Positions 12,196 to 22,102 of a stretch of DNA of 33,730 nucleotides are shown piece after piece. This DNA comes from Utricularia gibba. Lineage: Eukaryota; Plantae; Magnoliophyta. The stretch spans positions 1 to 33,730 of the forward strand of contig NEEC01000190.1 in the NCBI GenBank assembly GCA_002189035.1. Reading direction: 5' to 3'. The notes under the pieces are model-generated. The model made no database searches and was not told the DNA's origin. It was given only the letters and a program-made list of their open reading frames with translations. Position numbers and translations under genes: made by a program. The stretch's first letter is position 1. Each line of letters begins with the position of its first letter.

Positions 12196-14884
12196 TCAGG
12201 CGACAGGCTTCAAAATGTACATCTTGCAGGAATGTGGATCAAGTGTTGCTGTCAGCTTACCCACAAACCTCTGTTTCAGCGTCTCGTGCTGCCAACGCGA
12301 CAACAATCCACCAAAAGGGAGTTATCAACAGGAAGGAGATGGATTAGTGTGGGGAGCTGCTGGAGGGGGTTGGTTACCTTCCACAAGTCTCTTGCGACTA
12401 CAGAGCTCTTGACGGGGATGCCGATATCGTCCCAGTGAGCAGTGATGGTGTACGGGAGGAGAGCTCGATTCAGGAGCACAACTACCACTCTGTAGTCAGA
12501 CAGAGGCCCTGCCCAAACCTGTAAACTGGGAGTTGAGTTTCAAGGATCGTTTTGGAGGCCATGAATAACATGACTTGCCTCGAGATCGCCCTCCATTCGG
12601 ACCTTCTTAGCTTGAACCCCCAGCTTGTCTGCAACAAGAATGATTATTATGGATGAGGATGAACAGAGGAAGAGCAGGCAGCTGCTATTCAGAGAAGTGG
12701 TTTTGCTTGTACCCTGGTTAACTGCTATAACCTCCTTATTTCCAATGATTTCCACAGTGTCCTTAGTCATGTTTCGCACGTCGCAACCAATCAGCAGAGG
12801 AGCCTGGCATGAAAGATGAAAAGGATGAAACAGAGAACACAGATGCGGTGGAGTCTACTCCAGTAAACTGTACACAGACCTTGGATATTGCCCATAGGCT
12901 GAAATGGACTATGTATTCATCCTTGGACATCCCTCCGTTTCCAACCTCAAGCATGTCAGGATCTGCAATGAATCTGTGTTTAAGTAATGTGTTCCAAAAT
13001 GTTTGATTCATCTATAAGGCCAACCATTCCAGCCACCAGGCCTTGCGTAGTCTGCATAGACTTCATTCTGATCAGCTCTGGAGACCATGCTGTTGCAGGA
13101 TCATCAGATTGGAAGAAGAGAGCCGCTCATGATCAGATTCTACCAAGCAACCTCTGTATGTTTTCAAAGGTAAAAGGCACATCCATACCTGTCCCAGTTA
13201 TCAGCAATGTCATTCGTGGTTCTCCAACTGTTTCCAATGTTGGCACCCCACAGAGCAGGATGCATGTCTCCCCTGTCGTTGAACAGAAGTGAGATGCGAG
13301 AAGGGGTAAAAAATGCAGGCTGTGTAGTAAGCGAGAATCACCATTCACAGAGAGAGAAAAAGATTGGCCTCCCTGTTTTCATCAGGGCCCTTGTCATCAC
13401 GGGATATCTGCATATCCAAATGCACAGATAGACATTTGAATGAAGAACAGATCCAGGAGCTCAAATCTTTTTAATGAGTACAGAGAGTCTGGCATTGCAA
13501 ACAGAAATTCTGTACCTTATGATAGGCTTGATTTCTTTGTTGTTGCAGTTGTCATACTTCAAGTAATCTATACCCTGAAAGACAGTATCATGCAGAAGGG
13601 AAGTCAGTTCTGTGGGTGGAGATTCTTGCAATAAAATCTAGGGATGAAGTTCCGGTTTCCAAACCACAAACTGCAATACAGCAATCGATAACAGAATTTG
13701 CAACACAACGATCCTTACCCAAGATGCGAAGGTGCTTGCATCTTGTTCTTCATGTCCAAGTGAGCCAGGCATTGTCTTGCTGCAGGTGTAAGTTCTGCCA
13801 AAGGAAAAGAAAACACAGTAAGAACAGTCACTCTACCTGAGAGATTCCAATGAACAGCTGAAGTTATCTAGTTTGAAGCCTGATATCAAACACAAAGTTG
13901 AATTTAGATTACCCTGCGTCTGAATATATCCCGAGCTTAAGCCCCTTGCTATGAACATAATCAGCCAATGCCTTCATTCCAGAAGGAAAGGTAGTCTTCC
14001 TTGGGACAAGATTGCCCTGAGAGTGAATTTCCATGAATCAGGAGCTAAAACATTGGACATATATCACAGTTGTTCGATTATTCGAATGAACCAAACCTTG
14101 TCATCACGAAAAATCTCGGCCCAGCAGTCATCTGGGAACAAAGAATACCAGCATTCATGACAAGGAAATGTGGAAACAATTTCCAAACTCTAAGAACATA
14201 CCAATATTGACGTAGACATAACCGAGCTTCGAAAGCCCAGTAGAAACCAAAGCATCCGCTGACCAAAACAAAATCGTTGTGTTGGAACAAGTAATGAAAA
14301 GGATATAGCAAGGGAACTTCCCCTGTTGCGAAAGACGATTTGAATACAAGAGGCTCCAGAAGATGTCGCAAACCTGTTTCTCTGATCATCTTTTCGTCAA
14401 CGTGACACGCAAAATGATTCCAACTGTTCCACCTGAAAAGTGAAACCCCAGCAAAGGCAAAATAAGAAGAGATTATCCTTTCCTCAACGACAAGATCACA
14501 ATAACATTAAGAGAACAGAGTATGCAATGGATAAAAATGATTTCCAAAGCCAGAAAGATGAGGAACACTAGCAAAATCTGGCAGACCCCAGAAAACAGTT
14601 TCCAGAAACATCATTTTCAACAAATGGATGGATGACAAACAAAAAGTACATCGGCGTAATAAAAACCATCGCACAGTCATGATTCTGCACAACCCAGAAC
14701 ACAGTTCACCCCAAATAGAAAAAAGATAAGAAAAAGGTGCCCACCCCATTTGAGGAGTGGCCGCAAGCCCATTTGCCAACAAACTTCTTCTACTCAAAAA
14801 ATCTCCATCTTGGGAATGAACAGCAACAGCTAATGCGATCAACACAAGAAGTAGAAGCGATGAACCTCTTCGCAGATCCCCCAT
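12196..14884 (-). CDS. AGAL1: Alpha-galactosidase (GH27), AGAL1-like, many exons
   Basis: Signal peptide then [16 protein letters not shown]|W; [21 protein letters not shown]; [22 protein letters not shown]; [17 protein letters not shown]; [28 protein letters not shown]; [10 protein letters not shown]; VVARDLWK|[30 protein letters not shown]. Confidence 0.93.
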
Positions 14885-16219
14885 ACCCAACTGGTCGGAC
14901 ACACAGAAAACAAAAGAGAAGGCGACAGAAAGTAGCTCACGAGAAGCCGTAAGAATATTGAAAACAAAATTGAGAAACGTGACTGGTATATATCATCCCC
15001 AAGAGTACACACTGCACTGCGATCAGTGGTCCATTAGAAGTCATGGATGAGATCAATCAATGGTGCTGATTTGAAACAGAAGATTGATTCGATCCATAGC
15101 GTCGTATCAGGCAGGATGATTGTTGCATTTCCCATTTAAAAAATATGCTCTGCATTGACTTCTGGAAGGAATTTTGGATTAGGCCTTAGGTGTCAGCACC
15201 ACAATCATTAGGAAAGAATTTTCGGAATGTGCCCGCTTTTCATCTTCAGTCGCGCAAGGCAATCATCACTCTTCTTGGATCCACGTGAGGAGTCCCGAAG
15301 GACACGTGCTCCAGGATCAACGGAGAAGATGAAGATAAATACATATAAATGCATCAAAACAATAGCATAATTCAATAATATATTGTATGTATTTATTAAT
15401 ATGATTTAACATTATTACTCTAAATTTATATTAATTAGTAAAAAATAAAACATAATTAAAAATTATATATTTTTCTTTTCTATACCAAAAGTCTAACCCA
15501 AAGATTTGGGATATCTTATTGTATCAATCATGAGAAACGATAGATATTCTGATTTTTAAAATAATAAATTTATTTTTTAATTGATGATATTAAATATGAA
15601 TATTACATTAAATCATAAAATAAATATAGCAAGTATGAACTATAATTAAGATAACCTTAAAGTGTTGCTTGGTATATAGTTTTTATTATTTAAATATCTA
15701 TATATTAATAATAATATATATTTAATAAACTAGTTTAACAATTGCATGCATATTTTAAAAAATATAAAAATACTTAACGTTTTTGTTGAAAAATTCAAAA
15801 ATTTAATTATTTATTTTAAATATAAAATAAAATAATTTATTTATCTATTTTATTGATAAACTGACTTGATCACTTGTGCATTGTGGTGTTCTTTTTTTAA
15901 AAAAAAATTACTTTATTCATGTTTGATGTTTGTATTTTTTAATCATAAGATTTTCATGATTGTTGGAATATGTAATTTTGGCAGATTTATTGATTTTTTT
16001 CTATTTTTTATTATTTATAATTAATAAAATCATGAAGAAGTAATCTATATTTTAATGAAAACCTGATTATATTTAACACTAATGAAAACTGATTATACTA
16101 TATAATATTTTAATTATATTATATTACATGGCAACATTTACTAGTTTACAGTGATATCCGTATTTCATTACTAATCCTAATGTTTCCATATTTCAGCGGA
16201 AGTGAGGCATCTGAATCCC

Positions 16220-16227
16220 TATAAAAA
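16220..16227 (+). promoter_or_regulatory. TATA box of the PAM2-RING gene (also present in copy B at 25044-25051, minus strand)
   Basis: GGCATCTGAATCCCTATAAAAAG is conserved in both copies, about 70 bp upstream of ATG 16293, within otherwise diverged promoters. Confidence 0.6.
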
Positions 16228-16292
16228 GGGTTGTTTTCGTGAGAGTAATTCTTCAGACTACTCTAACCCCCTCTTGCCGACTTGTTTTTCCA

Positions 16293-17156
16293 ATGGATCG
16301 CCTGGCCGCTCCTTTCGTGTCTGCGCCTTTCCCGATGAATATCCATGCTCCTCCATACGTGCCACTAAGTTTGAGGGAGTTCATACTTCCACAGATTTTC
16401 GAAGCTCCTCAGGGGTTGGATCCCCTGGCCCCTCCTTCCGTGCCTGCGACTTTCCCGATGAATATCCATGCTCCTCCATACGTGCCACTAAGTTTGAGGG
16501 AGTTCATACTTCCACAGATTTTCGAAGCTCCTTACGGGTTGGATCCCCTGGCCCCTCCTGTCGTGCCTGCTCCTTTCCCGATGAATATCCATGCTCCTCC
16601 ATACGTGACATCAAGTTTCACACAGTCCGTCGTTCCACAGATTTCCGAAGCTACTTACGGGTTGAATCCCGACGCTCCACCCTTCGTGCCACGTTTCAGA
16701 GGCTTTTGGTGCTATGTGATGTTTCCTCGTAGTGAGAGTATTTCCTCCGATGAAGAACTGGAGGTTCTGGACAAACCCATCGTTGAGGGCAATGAGGTTG
16801 GTTCGAACCAGAGGAGCAGCGAGACGGAGGACGCGGCCTTCGCGGAGGAGATCGAGGAGGATGAACCTGCGCATGACGAACATCAAGAAAGGTTACTGAG
16901 GAGGTATCAGAGGATACTAATGGAGAGCATGACACTGAAGAACAATTGGGAAATTGAAGCCATTGATGAAGAGGGGCAGTCCAACATCTGCGTCGTTTGT
17001 CAGGAGGGCCTCTGCGACGACGACGGCGGCATGATCGGAATCCTGGACTGCCAACATGAGTTTCATTCCGCATGCATCAAAAAATGGCTGGAAGCTAAGG
17101 ACAAATGCCCCCTCTGTCGCGCAAGAGTCAAGGTTTCTCTGAACCGTCGTCGTTGA
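16293..17156 (+). CDS. Intronless RING-H2 E3 ubiquitin ligase (287 aa) with an N-terminal tandem PAM2-like motif array and an acidic linker; copy A, intact
   Basis: C-terminal CVVCQEGLCDDDGGMIGILDCQHEFHSACIKKWLEAKDKCPLC is a C3H2C3 RING-H2. The N-terminus has LNPDAPPFVP, MNIHAPPYVP, LDPLAPPxVP repeats. ATG 16293 is preferred over the track's GTG 16239 because that GTG is not conserved in copy B. Confidence 0.88.
   Translation: MDRLAAPFVSAPFPMNIHAPPYVPLSLREFILPQIFEAPQGLDPLAPPSVPATFPMNIHAPPYVPLSLREFILPQIFEAPYGLDPLAPPVVPAPFPMNIHAPPYVTSSFTQSVVPQISEATYGLNPDAPPFVPRFRGFWCYVMFPRSESISSDEELEVLDKPIVEGNEVGSNQRSSETEDAAFAEEIEEDEPAHDEHQERLLRRYQRILMESMTLKNNWEIEAIDEEGQSNICVVCQEGLCDDDGGMIGILDCQHEFHSACIKKWLEAKDKCPLCRARVKVSLNRRR
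16329..16697 (+). repeat. Coding tandem repeat, 3 x 123 bp (41 aa)
   Basis: Units start at 16329, 16452 and 16575, each beginning TTCCCGATGAATATCCATGCTCCTCCATACGTG. Units 1 and 2 are nearly identical; unit 3 is diverged. Confidence 0.95.
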
Positions 17157-17413
17157 TCACCTTGTTCATCTGAATGCCCTGTCAGCACCTTTGTATCTTG
17201 GATCCAGATTGCAATGAATATTAGAGAATGTTCACTTTGGCATTGCATTGAATTGTTTCCTTTTTTTATTTTTCAATCCGTTATATTTTTCTCAACGCTT
17301 CGCGGCAACCAGAAGAATCGATGGGGCCAGCTTCGGTTTCCTTTCAGTAGTATAAATTGATTTGACCGAAGGAGTAGTGAAATTAGAACAGGTGAGATAT
17401 TTATCGATCAACT

Positions 17414-17978
17414 ACGGCGGCTTTGAGCGTTTCCCCGGTCTTGACTTCTCCGCGAGACGACGCTACGCAGCTATACCGCGCGTTCAAAGGTGATGCGCAA
17501 CTCTTCTTCTTTAATTCTGCTATCAGGAGATTTTATTTCGTTGTTTGTGTTAGAAATTTGAATGCTGAAGGTCAATTGTGTTGTTCTAGGTTTCGGTTGC
17601 GATAAGGAGGCCGCTATCAACGTTCTTGCTCATCGGGATGCGGCGCAGCGGCAGCTGATCGAAAACGAGTACAGAATGATGTACTCTGAGGAGCTTTCGA
17701 ATCACCTTGCGAAAGAACTCCACGGCGATCTCGAGGTACGGTGATGGAAATGGAATCAGCGACTTTGAATGTGTTTTTTAATCTTGAATCGTTGGTTGAG
17801 TTTTTTTTTTTTTTCGTATTCAGACTTCAGAGAGCGTTTTTGATGTGTTGTCTGATCCGGCTTCGCGTGATGCGATCATTTTGAGGAAGAGTTTATCTGG
17901 TGAAATAATTAATCTAAAAACTGCTACTGAATCATATATATGCTCCCGCAGTTGTGCGCAGCTTCAACTCTTGAAGCA
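17414..17978 (+). pseudogene. Truncated annexin D5 5' fragment (exons 1-3 partial)
   Basis: Homologous to 23531-22975. The start codon is ACG instead of ATG, there is a 1-nt loss in exon 3 (ATGTGTTG vs ATGTGGTTG), and the sequence breaks off at 17978. A TATAAAT box is retained at 17351-17357. Confidence 0.9.
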
Positions 17979-17979
17979 C

Positions 17980-18320
17980 AACATACATTCCATGTGGGAA
18001 ACACAAGATACAGCCGACATGAGGTGGTGGCTATGGAGTGGCTGGTGCAAGAGGTTCTCAATTTCGAGTGCTTCTTACCAACCTCATACACCTTCTTATG
18101 GTAACATACAACTTTAGAATTCATATCGCTACAGTAAATTATAAGTGGGTACGTGCAATTGGGATTGTTCATTTTTCTAACAGGTTCTATTTAAAAGCTG
18201 CTAGAGCGAATGAATCGGTTGAAAAGACCGCCCATTACTTGGCGGTTCTTACACTTCTGGGTCAGCAGCTTCTCTGCTATTGGCCTTCAACTGTTGCTGC
18301 CGGTCTTGTTATTCTTGCCT
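17980..18320 (+). pseudogene. Internal cyclin SDS fragment (exon-intron-exon) fused out of frame to the annexin fragment
   Basis: Matches the reverse complement of 27376-27036: [27 protein letters not shown] | intron | [45 protein letters not shown]. Confidence 0.92.
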
Positions 18321-18929
18321 AAAAAGCAATAGCATTTCATCTTCCCACACCACTCAGGTAACAAATCGATCTAAGTACCCAATCCGGATTAAAGAAAAGC
18401 AACCGATTTTTCAAGAGATTATAAGTAAAACTACCGTAATTAGGGCAGTGGAGGCTTCGAAGCACAGTGATTGTGATCATTGAGGTGGGAACGTTGTACC
18501 CGATGCAATGTAAGGGGCAACCGCGTCACCGGCAGCCCACGAGACTGACCGTGCCGGTGATTAGATGGCCGCCGGCGGTGACTGGGGGATGTAGTGTACC
18601 AAAAATGACGGGTTTATCCATCACCGAGAGACTTCGAAGTAGAAGTACGCGAACTGCAGGGGGATTCAATTTTGACTTCCTGCAATTTTTTATTGGTGAA
18701 GTGTTATTTATATTTCAATAGCATTTAAATAAATGAAAAAAATCCACAAATAGACATATTTAATAAACTTAAAGGTATGAATATCATAGGCCTGATTCGT
18801 GTATCATAAATCGGGACATGAAATGAAACACAACACCACACAAGAGAAGGAAGCAGCAACAGACACTTTCTTTCGACATGAAACGAAACCACAACTTCGA
18901 CGCAGAAAACACCGAGAACAAAACGTGGA

Positions 18930-19959
18930 TCATTGCACGAGCTTGGCCATTCCGAAGGCAGCCGCAGAAGCAATCGCCCCAATGGCCGTAGTCTCCAGCG
19001 CGCTCTTGAACGGCCTGCCGCCGGTGAAGCAGCCCTTGATGTAGCCGAAGACGAGCAGCGCGACGAGCGTCAGCACGACGGAGGCGAAGACGGCATCCCC
19101 GCTTGTAGTGAAGAGCATGTAAGGGAGGAGGGGGAATATCCCCCCACAATGTAGGCTATGGCTATTGTCGCTGCACTTTGGACAGCTCTATGCGGAACTG
19201 GCTTCTCCAGTCCCAACTCAAATCTGCACAAGTCATGAACTTGAGTTGTAAATTCACAGTATCAGGGGGCTATAGATTTTGTGACAGGGGACTGAAAGCA
19301 GCATGAAAAGAAAAGGTGTTGAATACCCATTCTGCAGACAATGAGAGGTGCCCATCTCCCCCAAAATCCCCAAAATAAAAACAAGTACTCACTTCATCAT
19401 AAAATCAACCCATGCTTTTGGGTTCTTTCTGAGAGAATTCACCACTGGAGTATACTCATGAGGCTGGACGCCATAGGCGGCCAAAATTTCTGCAACCTCA
19501 GCAGCTTCTGCAACTCAACAACAACAAAAAAAACTTCATTCCACATGCATTTTAAAAATTATTTTATTGATAGGGAGACCTGTATCAGGCACTGTGATGA
19601 TCTCCTCTTCTTCCCTTTCCTGCTCTCTCATGTAGTGGTCCTCTTCGCTCTTGGCCGCAAGGTAGCTGCCCACACCGCACAATGAAGAGTGGGGAACGAG
19701 GCATCACTATCAAAAAAACCAAGTGCTGGAATGAATGTATACCCTCCGAGACCCATGGAGATGGCGCCCGCGGCGACCTCCGCCAGCCCGGCGGTGAGAA
19801 TCAGAGACGGCGAGACCTTGGCGCCGGAGAGACCGCGGCGAGGGCGAAGGGCACAGTGAGGCCATCGGAGACTCCGATGATCACATCGCGCACGACCTGG
19901 TTCGCCGTGAAGTGCTTCTCCTCATGGTGGTCGAGTAGCGAACGGTCCACTTGATCCAT
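18930..19959 (-). CDS. VIT1: Vacuolar iron transporter 1 (VIT1/CCC1 family), 4 exons, two apparent frameshifts
   Basis: MDQVDRSLLDHHEEKHFTANQVVRDVIIGVSDGLTVPFALAAG//LSGA..AEVAAGAISMGLGG|YLAAKSEEDHY..|EAAEVAEIL..|FELGLEKP..SALETTAIGAIASAAAFGMAKLVQ*. Frameshifts near 19835 and 19140. An upstream in-frame ATG at 20025 sits directly against a TATA-like sequence, so it is less likely. Confidence 0.93.
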
Positions 19960-20507
19960 TCCCCTCCGATCACGTTGCGACTTTTGGAAGGGGAAGGCTC
20001 CATGCCTCCATGGGCGGCACGCCATTATATAGACCTCCGAAATTCCTTATAAACTATTAAATTATATAATTAAATATGGATTTATTAAATTATAGTTTAA
20101 TTGAACCCAAAATATTATCCTTATTTTTTAATACAAAATTGCATAAAAATATTCCCTTACTATAAACTTAGAAAAATAATTAATCGGAACAATTACATGA
20201 AATAAACCAAAGTAAATTGAAAGTAATGAAATCATTAATTAAAAAATATTATATTATCGGTTTTATTTAAAGTTAGTTATCTTATTAAGTTTTAAGTCTG
20301 GTCAATAAAAAGATAAATCCACGTCAAGCAAGCGTTGTCATGACAACCTTTTTATTAAAAATAAATAAATAAATATTAAATGGATTGAAAAAGGCCGTGA
20401 CAAGGGATGTGTGGGTTGGGCGTCCCATAGCCTCCTGGTAAGTGCAGGAGCACGTGCTGCATTGCTTCACTCTCTCCCTAACTCACAACACACAACACAC
20501 ATCCCCT

Positions 20508-20538
20508 GGGTTCGGGTCGGGTTCGGGTTCGGGTTCGG
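20508..20538 (+). repeat. (GGGTTC)n hexamer run
   Basis: GGGTTCGGGTCGGGTTCGGGTTCGGGTTCGG. Confidence 0.8.
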
Positions 20539-20545
20539 TTGGTGG

Positions 20546-21550
20546 TGTAACGCCCTGACCAAAATCAGGCACGAATAGTGTACCGGAAGTAATTAAGTAG
20601 AATGATTATACAAATTCTATACCAAATATTTTTTCGAATAAAGAAAGAATTTTCTTGATAATTATTTTTCAATTAAGTATGTTTTATTTTTTCATAATAA
20701 ATTATTATTTAAGAAAGTGTTTACATAAATATGAAAATAACTTAAAATTATGAGGGTTGAGAGCTAAATTATATAATATCGTACAAATATTACATGAATG
20801 GTTATAGTTGATAGGATAATTGCGTGGTGGTATGTAGATGGTAGTTGTGTGAGGTTAAAATTGTCAGTTCAAAGCAGGTGAATGAATGTCAAAGTAAGTA
20901 GTTGAAAGAAAAGGATGGCGTCCTCTCGTATTCATGTGCTACGGTTAAAATAACAACAAAAACAATGATGATTATTATGGATAGGTGGTGAAGTGTGATG
21001 ATGTGTGTGTGTGTTGTTGTATTAAAATGATGATAATTTCAGAAGAACAAGTGAATGAAATGGGGGTTGGTGATGCTGTAAGGCCGACGCGACTGGTCCC
21101 ATCAGCTTAGCTTTTAACTTCATGGGAGTGTGTGCGGTGCACGACGGGCTACGTGGACGCCCCGTTGGTCGCGTCTTGCAGCCTGCCGCGTCGACAACAG
21201 AGTGCCGTCATCGGTGGAGACAACGCCCTCTTCGCCAATCAGCTGCGATCATGAAACGGGGACCCTTGGGAACAATACGACAATCCTGTTGATGAGATTG
21301 AAAATCACGGCAGAATGGGGAGTTGTGTTTGATGAAATTTGTAGGCGTGTGAATGTGGGTGGGACGCACCGCACGCCCCAGTTCGTGTGCGGTGGGGGCC
21401 GCAGATCGATATTGTTCCCTTTGTCTCCGGGAGCAAATTCTCAGTCCCTCGCATCCACCGGAAGGGACGGCGCGCAGCGCTACCGTTGGCGGGCACACGG
21501 ATTTTGGGGATTTTGGTTGTATTTTGCAACAACCACAACACCCACTATTA
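20546..21550 (+). mobile_element. Probable truncated Ty3/gypsy (Tekay/Del-like) LTR remnant; right boundary uncertain
   Basis: Begins TGTAACGCCC, a typical Tekay/Del LTR 5' terminus. An AT-rich tract follows, then a GC-rich tract with repeated GTGCGGTG/CACCGCAC motifs. No matching ...GTTACA 3' end or TSD was found. Confidence 0.45.
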
Positions 21551-22102
21551 AAATCGATCAATTTAGATTCAATTCTTTTTATAACATGTAGAATTGATAT
21601 TAATAAGTTATAAAAATAATTATCTAAAGTAAAGATTGAATCGAATTTAATCATGAATTTAAAGAAATAAATTATGTAAACAATAAAATTAAAAATGGCT
21701 CAATTAATGGAGTCCAAAAATAAATCACACTACTGGTTTTTCCTTCTATCTTAACACCAAGGATAAAAAAAAAAAGAATAAGAACGATTCTCCATAATGG
21801 ATATCTGGATTCTTGCATTTGAGATTTCTCTTGTGTTAAAACAAAAACATACAAAATATCGTTTCTATGGAAGATTTCAAACAAGGTGGTGCAATCAGCA
21901 ATACTAAATATACCATGCGAAGGATTAGTTAGACAGCGGATTTGGTCTTATATTACAAACCCAAGGCGCATCACCGAAGTAAAGAAGCAGAAAAGATGCC
22001 TGGCACGACCTATCATCATGCTCATATTGCCCAATTTTTTTCTAGGAACATGCAGAAGAGGAAGAAGCATGAACGTTAGAGGGGTCATCACCCGGGAGCC
22101 GT

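Larger units (their letters stand above)
15421..18774 (+). repeat. Copy A: inverted, circularly permuted duplicate of 22975-27376
   Basis: By-eye alignment to the reverse complement: 15421-16267 to 25829-25000; 16268-17160 to 24998-24121; 17160-17305 to 24120-23937; 17308-17978 to 23637-22975; 17980-18320 to 27376-27036; 18321-18774 to 26267-25819. Confidence 0.92.

Noticed and set aside
16202-16732. 176-aa alternative-frame ORF over the tandem repeat (FPDEYPCSSIRATKFEG...)
   Set aside because: It starts at a GTG that is not conserved in copy B and has no recognisable domain. One stop-free repeat unit makes the whole array open in that frame, so it is a shadow ORF.
1-17156. A poly(A) polymerase and a PABP-binding E3 in one window as a functional poly(A) cluster
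   Set aside because: They are 16 kb apart with unrelated housekeeping genes between them, and PAPS1 is part of the conserved background. Co-location is most likely coincidence.
17845-18322. Functional annexin-cyclin fusion protein
   Set aside because: The annexin start is mutated to ACG, exon 3 has indels, and the SDS part joins out of frame.
15421-18774. Pack-MULE, Helitron or hAT capture as the origin of copy A
   Set aside because: No terminal inverted repeats or Helitron TC...CTRR ends with a hairpin were seen. The 8-bp TAAATTTA/TAAACTTA at both ends is explained by the donor sequence and is weak evidence in AT-rich DNA.
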